A stretch of DNA of 64,000 nucleotides, taken from the NCBI GenBank assembly GCA_049515295.1, contig JBEKUF010000002.1, positions 5,230 to 69,229 on the forward strand, written 5' to 3'. The stretch is from Verrucomicrobiia bacterium (GTDB lineage Bacteria; Verrucomicrobiota; Verrucomicrobiia; Palsa-1439). The notes under the pieces were generated by a model. It was not told the DNA's origin, did no database searches, and saw only the letters and a program-made list of their open reading frames with translations. Every line of letters begins with the position of its first letter. The first letter of the stretch is position 1. Below, one piece after another: positions 56,770 through 64,000 of this stretch. The translations under genes and the position numbers were made by a program.

Positions 56770-58719
56770 ATGAGTACGGCTGACCAACCTGGTTCGTGTG
56801 ACCAGGATGGCTGCGGCGGCACGAGGCATCGGATGACACAGCAGTCGGTGGGAAAGTCAGAGATGGCAACGACATCGCGAAAGCATGCCGCCATCGCTGT
56901 GTTGTCTCTGGCGGCGATTTTTCTCCATCTCCTGCTCCGTTTCGGCCTGCGCACCAGTCCGAATGTCCACCAGCTTCCACTGATTGTGGCGCTGGCGTTG
57001 GGCGGGATTCCCCTAATCTGGGAGCTTCTGATCAAACTGGCCAGACGTGAGTTTGGGTCCGATCTGCTCGCCGGCATCTCGATTGTGACCTCCGTGGTGC
57101 TTGGCGAATATCTCGCGGGCACGCTGGTCGTGCTGATGCTTTCGGGTGGAGAAGCGTTGGAGAATTACGCGGTGCGCAGCGCCTCGTCCGTCCTCCAGGC
57201 TCTGGCCAAACGCATGCCCTCGGCCGCGCGCGTCAAACGCGGTTCGGAAGTCGTCTGCGTTCCGCTCGATCAGATCGCCATTGGCGACATGGTATCGGTT
57301 TATCCGCACGACATCTGTCCCGTCGACGGTGTGGTGATCGAAGGGCGGAGCGTCATGGATGAGTCTTACCTGACCGGCGAGCCATTCCAGATGTCGAAGA
57401 CGCCCGGCTCGGAAGTGCTGTCGGGAGCCATCAACGGCGATGCGGCCCTCACCATCCGCGCCACCAAGCTCGCGGTGGATTCACGCTATGCCAAGATCAT
57501 GCAGGTGATGCGGGCCTCGGAACAACAACGCCCGCGGCTGCGGCGACTGGGGGATCAACTGGGCGCGTACTACACGCCGCTGGCGGTCGCGATTGCGCTG
57601 GCCGCGTGGATGGCCAGCGGCCAAGCGGACCGGTTTCTCGCGGTCCTGGTGGTGGCCACGCCGTGCCCGTTGTTGATTGCCATCCCTGTCGCCATCATCG
57701 GTGCGATCTCGCTGGCAGCCAAGCGCGCCATCATCGTGAAGAACCCGGCGGTGCTGGAACAGATCGATACCTGCCGCACGGTCATTTTCGACAAGACGGG
57801 CACGTTGACCTACGGCGAACCGAAACTGACGGAGCAAGACTGCGCGCCCGGGTTCTCTCCCAAGGAGGTGCTCGCGCTTGCGGCCAGCCTCGAACAGTAT
57901 TCCAAGCACCCATTGTCCCGCGCCATTCTCGCGGCGACACGGCACGCCGGCGGCAAGCTTGAGGAGGCGAGCGAGATCAGCGAGCGAGCGGGACAAGGGC
58001 TGCGGGGCACCGTTTCGGGCCGGAGAATCCAGATCACGGGTCGCCACCGCCTGATGGCAGAGCAGCCGTCGCTGGCGCGACATCTTCCGCCGCCGGGCGG
58101 CGGTATGGAGTGCGTCATTCTGATCGAGGGAACCTACGCGGCGACGTATCGATTCCGCGACGAACCCCGGTCTGAAGGCGCGTCGTTCATTGGCCATCTG
58201 AAACCCAAGCACTCGTTTCACGAAGTGATGCTGGTTTCCGGCGACCGCGAATCCGAAGTGCGTTATCTTGCGGATCGCGTGGGGATTGCCGAAGTGCACT
58301 ACAGCAAGAGTCCCGAAGAAAAACTGTCTATTGTCCGCAAGGAAACGCAAAGGCGCAGAACCCTGTTTCTGGGCGACGGAATCAACGACGCCCCGTCCTT
58401 GATGGCTGCCACCGTCGGCGTGGCTTTTGGTCAGAATAGCGATATCACGAGCGAGGCGGCCAGCGTGGTGATTTTGGACAGTTCGCTGGAGAAGGTGGAT
58501 GAGTTACTGCACATCAGCCGCCGGATGCGCGTCATCGCGCTGCAGAGTGCGGTTGGAGGAATGGCGTTGAGCGTCATCGGCATGATGTTTGCCTCGCGTG
58601 GCCTCCTGCCGCCGGTGGCGGGGGCGATTTCCCAGGAAATCATCGATGTGGTGGTAGTCCTCAATGCTTTGCGGGCGGCGTTGCCGCCGAGGGCGCTGAC
58701 GGACTTCGAAGAGGCATAA
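56770..58719 (+). CDS. heavy-metal-translocating P1B-type ATPase
   Basis: CPC-type TM motif (TPCPL), [15 protein letters not shown]; Cys/His-rich N-terminus ([11 protein letters not shown]). Start uncertain (ORF from 56557). Confidence 0.8.
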   Translation: MSTADQPGSCDQDGCGGTRHRMTQQSVGKSEMATTSRKHAAIAVLSLAAIFLHLLLRFGLRTSPNVHQLPLIVALALGGIPLIWELLIKLARREFGSDLLAGISIVTSVVLGEYLAGTLVVLMLSGGEALENYAVRSASSVLQALAKRMPSAARVKRGSEVVCVPLDQIAIGDMVSVYPHDICPVDGVVIEGRSVMDESYLTGEPFQMSKTPGSEVLSGAINGDAALTIRATKLAVDSRYAKIMQVMRASEQQRPRLRRLGDQLGAYYTPLAVAIALAAWMASGQADRFLAVLVVATPCPLLIAIPVAIIGAISLAAKRAIIVKNPAVLEQIDTCRTVIFDKTGTLTYGEPKLTEQDCAPGFSPKEVLALAASLEQYSKHPLSRAILAATRHAGGKLEEASEISERAGQGLRGTVSGRRIQITGRHRLMAEQPSLARHLPPPGGGMECVILIEGTYAATYRFRDEPRSEGASFIGHLKPKHSFHEVMLVSGDRESEVRYLADRVGIAEVHYSKSPEEKLSIVRKETQRRRTLFLGDGINDAPSLMAATVGVAFGQNSDITSEAASVVILDSSLEKVDELLHISRRMRVIALQSAVGGMALSVIGMMFASRGLLPPVAGAISQEIIDVVVVLNALRAALPPRALTDFEEA

Positions 58720-59057
58720 ATCGTTTGCGAAGGTTCGATAATCCAAGCGCTTGGGAGGTCTCAGGTTCTGGCTGGCACGCCCGGACTCGCGGCTTCTTGC
58801 CGTTGGTGGTGCGGGAGCGTGGCGATGGCGGCCAATCGCTTGCGACCTGAGCATAACGTGGTCGCGTCTTGAGGAGTTGGCTTTGCGAAACGAAGCGGAA
58901 TTCTCGATGGGCTCACTATTTCATAAGTGGCTAATTTACAATCTATTGTGTGTGTAATCCAGTTTGTGTTGCGACATTTTGTCGCATAAAACGTATCCAA
59001 AAAAACCTACGGTTGCGAATTGACAAACTGTCAGTGTCTCCGTAGGCTTCCGCTGTA

Positions 59058-60611
59058 ATGTCTCCTATGGAGCAGGAGCAACGGCTGAAGTTTCTCGGGT
59101 TGACGGCGCACGACGTGGAAGCACTGGTGGCGTTGCGTCCATTATTCGAGACGCACATTGCGGCGATCGAGGACGCGTTCTACGACGAACTGCTTGCCTT
59201 TCCCGAGACGGCCCAACTCCTGGGCGATCATACCACGGTCGAACGCCTGAAGAAGCTCCAGCGGGATTATCTGCTGCGCATTACGGAAGGAAAGTTCGAC
59301 GAGGCGTATTTTGCCGACCGCTTGCGTATTGGGAAAACTCATGAGCGTGTCGGTCTCAGTCCAAGCTGGTACCTGCTGGCGTACAATATCTATTTCAAGC
59401 TGCTCGTCCCGCGGGTTCACGCGTTCCACGCGGGCCATCCCCACCGCGCACAAGAAGCGGTCATTGCGTTGGAAAAAGTGTTCATGCTCGACGCGTCACT
59501 GGCGATGGACGCCTACATCGCCAGCGACCGGTACCGTAACTTTCAATTGCTCGAAAGCATCGTCACTGATTCAGCCGACGCGATTTTTTCACTGGATGCG
59601 GACAACCGCATTCGGACGTGGAATCGGACCGCCGAGGAGGTGTTCGGCTGGCGCGCCGAGGAGATTGTCGGCAAGCCGCTCGCGATGCTCGTGCCACCCG
59701 AAGTGCTGAAGATGGGCGAATTGCAGCGTATCGACCGCGAGATCGCGCGTGATGGGCACTGTCATCTGGAAACGGTCCGGCTGGCCAAGGGTGGCAGGCG
59801 AGTGCCGGTGGAGGTCAGCGTTTCCCTGCTGCGCGATCCCCAGGGCAACCCGATCGGGCGCTCAGCCATCCTGCGGGACACGACGGAGCGCAAACGGCTG
59901 GAGGAAGACAAGCTGCGCGCAGAACGGTTGGCGGTCATCGGCGCAATGTCGGCGCGGCTGGCGCACGAAATCCGCAACCCTCTCAGCTCCATCACGTTGA
60001 ATATCGACCTGGTGGGGGACGAGATCGAGGTTCTTGCAGCGGACAAGGCCGGTGGGGCGACGGAGGCGCGGTCGCTGTTACGGTCCATAGACTCGGAGGT
60101 GCACCGAATCCAACGGGTTACGGAAGATTATCTGCAATTCGCGCGCATGCCGAAGCCGCGTCGCCAGCGCATTTTGCTCAACGATGTGATTGCGCAGGGG
60201 TTATCGTTCATGGGCTCGCTGTTTGCGGCGGCCCATGTGGCTATTGACACGAAATTCGATCCATCGTTGCCGGCGATCAACGGTGACGAGGGCCAGTTGT
60301 GGCAGGTGGTTCTGAATTTGGTGCGCAACTCGCTGGAGGCGATGCCCGAAGGCGGGACGCTGACGGTGGTCACGAGACGCGCGCGGTCCGGGGTGGCCGT
60401 CATGATCGGCGACACGGGCAAAGGCATGACCGAGGAGGAACGCCAGCAGATTTTCAAACCGTTCTTCAGCACGAAACCGAGCGGCACGGGGCTGGGTCTG
60501 CCGCTGGTGCAACAGGTCGTCGCCGAGCACGGCGGGACGATTCGCTGTGAGAGCGCTCTGGGCGGTGGCACCACGTTTGTGATTGAACTTCCGTGCGCTG
60601 AGGAACCCTGA
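59058..60611 (+). CDS. globin-coupled sensor histidine kinase (protoglobin/HemAT-like N-domain, PAS, HisKA, HATPase_c)
   Basis: N-terminal FLGLTAHDVEALVALRPLF...IAAIEDAFYDEL resembles globin-coupled sensor domains; H-box ARLAHEIRNPLSS; G-boxes GDTGKGM, GTGLGL. Confidence 0.7.
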   Translation: MSPMEQEQRLKFLGLTAHDVEALVALRPLFETHIAAIEDAFYDELLAFPETAQLLGDHTTVERLKKLQRDYLLRITEGKFDEAYFADRLRIGKTHERVGLSPSWYLLAYNIYFKLLVPRVHAFHAGHPHRAQEAVIALEKVFMLDASLAMDAYIASDRYRNFQLLESIVTDSADAIFSLDADNRIRTWNRTAEEVFGWRAEEIVGKPLAMLVPPEVLKMGELQRIDREIARDGHCHLETVRLAKGGRRVPVEVSVSLLRDPQGNPIGRSAILRDTTERKRLEEDKLRAERLAVIGAMSARLAHEIRNPLSSITLNIDLVGDEIEVLAADKAGGATEARSLLRSIDSEVHRIQRVTEDYLQFARMPKPRRQRILLNDVIAQGLSFMGSLFAAAHVAIDTKFDPSLPAINGDEGQLWQVVLNLVRNSLEAMPEGGTLTVVTRRARSGVAVMIGDTGKGMTEEERQQIFKPFFSTKPSGTGLGLPLVQQVVAEHGGTIRCESALGGGTTFVIELPCAEEP

Positions 60612-61974
60612 CATGCCCCAACGAGCTGAGATTTTATTGGTCGATGACGAAGAGGCGCTCTGCACCGCGGCGGAGAAGATCCTCGCCAAGGAGGGCTACC
60701 GCGTGACGTCGGTCAACACCGCGGCAGACGGGCTGGCAAAGTTCGAACGCGAGGGCTACGACCTGCTGATCACAGACCTGATGCTCCCCGATTTGGAGGG
60801 GATCCAGGTGCTCAAGCGCGCCAAGGAGCTGCGGCCAACGGTTGAGGTGATCGTTATTACCGGCCACGCGACGGTGGAGAAGGCGGTGGAGGCGATGCGG
60901 TTGGGGGCCTACGATTTCATCGAGAAACCGCTGGACCGCACGGCCTTGGTGAAGGCCGTCAGCAAGGCCGTCGAGAAACAGCGACTGGCGGAGGAGAACC
61001 GCCAATTGCGCGAGGAATTGCACCAGCAGCGGGGCGAAGACGCGCTCATCGGCAACAGCGAGGGGATGGTGGCCGTCAAGAAACTCATACGCCAGATCGC
61101 GGCGACCGACGTCAGCGTGCTGGTGCAAGGTGAAAGCGGAACCGGCAAAGAGGTGGCGGCGGACGTGCTCCACAACCTCAGCCTGCGGCGTGACAAGGGG
61201 ATCGTGAAAATCAGTTGCGCGGCGATCCCCGAGACATTGCTCGAGAGCGAACTGTTCGGGTACGAACGCGGGGCGTTCACCGGCGCGGCCGGGTCCAAGC
61301 CCGGGAAATTTGAACTGGCCGACGGCGGCACGTTGTTCCTCGACGAGATTGCCGAGATGAGTCCGCAATTGCAGGCCAAGCTCCTGCGGGTGCTGCAGGA
61401 CGGACGGTTCCAGCGCCTCGGCAGCACGAAGGATATTCAAGTGGACGTACGCGTGATCAGCGCCACGCACGTGGACATTCACCAGGCGATCGCCGAGAAG
61501 AAATTCCGTGAAGACCTGTACTACCGTCTCAATGTGGTCCATGTGACGCTGCCGCCGCTGCGGCAGCGGAGTGAAGACATCCCGTTATTGACCGAACATT
61601 TTCTCAAGAAGTACGCCGCGCGGATGCGAAAGGACGTGCGCACGGTGGCTGCGGCAGCCATGGAGCAGTTGCTCAACCATTCCTGGCCCGGCAATGTGCG
61701 CGAGTTGGAAAACGCGATCCAGCGCGCGATCGCCGTGGTCGCGGGGGACACGATCCAGTCTTTCCAACTGGTGCTGCTGCCTTCGGGATCGGCGGCGGGC
61801 CAGTCGTTCGGGCCATCGGTCACGATTCCCATCGGATTGCCCATGGCCGAAGCCGAGGAGCGGATTATCAATGCCGCGCTCACCCATTGTGACGGCGATA
61901 AGGAGAAGGCCGCAAAGCTCCTCGGTATTTCCTCGCGCACGCTTTATCGGCGGTTTTCGAAGCCGGGAAGCTGA
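60583..61974 (+). CDS. sigma54-dependent response regulator (NtrC family: receiver, AAA+ sigma54 activator, Fis-type HTH)
   Basis: ILLVDDEE; GESGTGKE; GAFTGA (GAFTGA loop); [15 protein letters not shown]; C-terminal [16 protein letters not shown]. Confidence 0.85.
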   Translation: MNFRALRNPDMPQRAEILLVDDEEALCTAAEKILAKEGYRVTSVNTAADGLAKFEREGYDLLITDLMLPDLEGIQVLKRAKELRPTVEVIVITGHATVEKAVEAMRLGAYDFIEKPLDRTALVKAVSKAVEKQRLAEENRQLREELHQQRGEDALIGNSEGMVAVKKLIRQIAATDVSVLVQGESGTGKEVAADVLHNLSLRRDKGIVKISCAAIPETLLESELFGYERGAFTGAAGSKPGKFELADGGTLFLDEIAEMSPQLQAKLLRVLQDGRFQRLGSTKDIQVDVRVISATHVDIHQAIAEKKFREDLYYRLNVVHVTLPPLRQRSEDIPLLTEHFLKKYAARMRKDVRTVAAAAMEQLLNHSWPGNVRELENAIQRAIAVVAGDTIQSFQLVLLPSGSAAGQSFGPSVTIPIGLPMAEAEERIINAALTHCDGDKEKAAKLLGISSRTLYRRFSKPGS

Positions 61975-62137
61975 AAACGCGGGGGGGTGCCAAGTTGTCG
62001 CAGCCATAGGCTCGACCTGACAAGCTGGCAAGAAATACATCGGTTCCGCCACGGCACCTTGTCCCCTAACAGGCTTTTCCACAGCAAGTTACATCAGCGG
62101 CACTGTTCGTGGCATCGCCAGTGCTTACCCACCGGAT

Positions 62138-62560
62138 GTGAACGAAGTAAAGAGCAGTACAACCATCTTGTTGGTCGATGATGATGTTGAGGTGTTGAAG
62201 GCGCTGACGAAGGTGTTGGAGAAGGACGGTTACGGTGTCCTCCCCTACTCCGACGCCCAAAGTGCGATGGATTCCATCAATCGCACCAAGCAGCGCTTCG
62301 ACCTCGTCGTTACCGACGTTTCGATGCCCAAGGTCAATGGCGGGTCGTTCTTGGGCGCCCTCAAGACCGCCTTCCCGAAGGTGCCGGTGATCGTTATCAC
62401 GGCATTCGGAGATTGGGGGCAATACATGAACATGCTTCAGGGCGGTGCGTACGAGTACCTCAGCAAACCACTCGAGAAAAACCAGTTGCTCGCCGTCATT
62501 AGCCGTGCACTCGCCAACGGAGCCAAGGTTGGCGGCAGTCCCCCAACACTGCCGGCCTAG
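62138..62560 (+). CDS. single-domain response regulator
   Basis: ILLVDDDVEVL...VVTDVSMPKVNG...YEYLSKP. Confidence 0.75.
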   Translation: MNEVKSSTTILLVDDDVEVLKALTKVLEKDGYGVLPYSDAQSAMDSINRTKQRFDLVVTDVSMPKVNGGSFLGALKTAFPKVPVIVITAFGDWGQYMNMLQGGAYEYLSKPLEKNQLLAVISRALANGAKVGGSPPTLPA

Positions 62561-62652
62561 CGACGTTCTTCCCAGCCGCGCTGTAGCCGCAAATCCGTTT
62601 GGCAAATCTCCCCCACCCCGTGCTCATGACGCATCGATGAGTTTGTCCCCCG

Positions 62653-63683
62653 TCATTTCGCGCGCCCCTTCAATACACGGAGTTGCAGGAGTTCCAGAAG
62701 TTGGTCAACATCACTGGCCGTCGTCCATTGCCCCAGGCTGAACCGCACCGCGCCGCACCCCACCCGCTCCGGCACGCCCATCGCCCGCAGGACGTGGGAC
62801 ATCTCCCGGCTCTGCGCTCGGTGGGATGACCGTTCAAATGCAGCCGCGAGCCAAACATCTTCTTCAGATTGTCGTGAAGATAATCGCGCAGAGTAACGAC
62901 GTGCGCCCAACGCGAGTCCAATTCGTTGGTGGCCAGCTCGCACGCCTTGCCGAGGGCGACCACCAGCGGCACGTTTTCCGTACCGGCCCGCCGGCCCGAT
63001 TCGTGGCTCGCGCCGTGAATCAGCGGGTCGATCTCCAACCCGCGACGAATGTACAACGCGCCGACGCCCTTGGGGGCGTAGAATTTGTGTCCCGCCAGCG
63101 TGAGCAGATCCACATGGAGTTCATCCACCAGGGCCGGGATTTTGCCCACGGACTGGGCCGCGTCGGTGTGCATCAGGATGCCGCGGGCACGAGCCAGTTT
63201 ACCGATGGCCGCGATGGGCTGGATCGTGCCGACCTCGTTATTCGCGTGCATGATCGAGATCAGGATCGTGGTCGGACGAATCGCCGCTTCCACGTCGCCT
63301 ACGCTCACCGTGCCGTATTGGTCCACGGGCAGATAGGTGACAAAGAAGCCGAGCTGCTCCAGAAACTGGCACGGACTGATCACCGCGGAGTGCTCAATCT
63401 GCGTGGTGATGACATGGTAGCCCTTCTGGCGCAACCGAAACACCACGCCTTTGATGGCGGTGTTGTTCGATTCGCTGCCACCGCTGGTGAACACCACTTC
63501 GTCGGCCTGACACCCCAACAACGTGGCCACCTGCGCCCGTGCCGTGTCGACCGCTCCCTTGGCGTTGACGCCGTACGAGTGCAGGCTGGACGGGTTGCCA
63601 AACAATTCCCGCAAATACGGCCACATCGCCTCCGCCACGCGCGGATCGACGGGTGTTGTTGCGTTGTAATCCAGATAGACCAT
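62653..63683 (-). pseudogene. cysteine desulfurase (NifS/IscS family) with internal deletion/frameshift removing the catalytic Cys loop
   Basis: N-terminal 5/6 in frame A (MVYLDYNATTP...HK PLP-lysine...RLHLNGHPTER), then out-of-frame junk. True C-terminus (SHVLRAMGVPERVGCGAVRFSLGQWTT) is in frame B (62653..62943). Segment expected between HPTER and SHVLRAMG (about 40 aa including SSGSAC) is absent. Confidence 0.6.
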
Positions 63684-64000
63684 ATCCGCCGACCAGTGTA
63701 ACAGCGCGATCCCACCGCAGCAAGTTTCCATGCAATGCTTTGGGCCGGGGAAGGCGTTACCGCAAATGGACGCGAATTCACGCCAATGTTGCTGACGAGG
63801 TTGTTGTAGGCCCACTGCCCTCAGTGGGCGTTCACGTGGGTCGCCGGAAATATCTTGCCATCCCCGCCTGATTGTATGTGGCCGATGCCGGTGGCAACGG
63901 CGCACCGAAACGGTCAGCCACTTTCTTCAGATCAACGGTTAGGGTGTAGCGACCACACATTGGTATCTAACGGCACGGAAGACAGACTAGGGATTTGAGT

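Noticed and set aside
1-64000. tRNA/rRNA genes
   Set aside because: No region shows the conserved tRNA T-loop GTTCGAATC-type sequence with acceptor-stem complementarity or rRNA-like conserved blocks on inspection; long intergenic regions (18990-19716, 29667-30246) contain repeats and hairpins instead.

Overview
High-GC chromosomal window (~65% GC) from a Gram-negative bacterium, consistent with Planctomycetes/Verrucomicrobia-like gene content (GH57 with DUF4912, many TPR/PAS proteins, ECF sigma). Core content: a sugar ABC substrate-binding gene (partial), an ABC-F ATPase, a GH57 branching enzyme with a DUF4912 partner, kdtA, several two-component regulators, and a Calx-beta protein followed by an ECF sigma/anti-sigma/lipoprotein operon. 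There is also an envelope glycosyltransferase cluster (GT87, GT2, YdjC-like). The largest block is a ~22 kb minus-strand fermentation/hydrogen supercluster: ADP-forming acetyl-CoA synthetase, a CBS/DRTGG/GHKL regulatory module, hoxEFUYH-hoxW, hypABFCDE, pyruvate:ferredoxin oxidoreductase and a DHOD-like flavoprotein. A P-type ATPase, a globin-coupled sensor kinase plus sigma54 activator, and a degraded cysteine desulfurase lie at the 3' end. Two accessory spots stand out. (1) At 29.5-32.9 kb a 752-aa SIR2-like (SIR2_2/DHS-like) domain is fused to six near-identical 44-aa TPR-like repeats. It is bracketed by a 46-bp x3 tandem repeat, an array of GTAG-headed REP-like hairpins and a second repeat-rich spacer. 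This is a candidate single-gene NAD-depleting antiphage system. (2) At 4.9-8.0 kb a lower-GC islet of six small co-directional hypothetical genes, one with an Rx4H HEPN-like motif, one zinc-ribbon and one small membrane protein, is a possible toxin/abortive-infection module. No rRNA, tRNA or CRISPR was seen.
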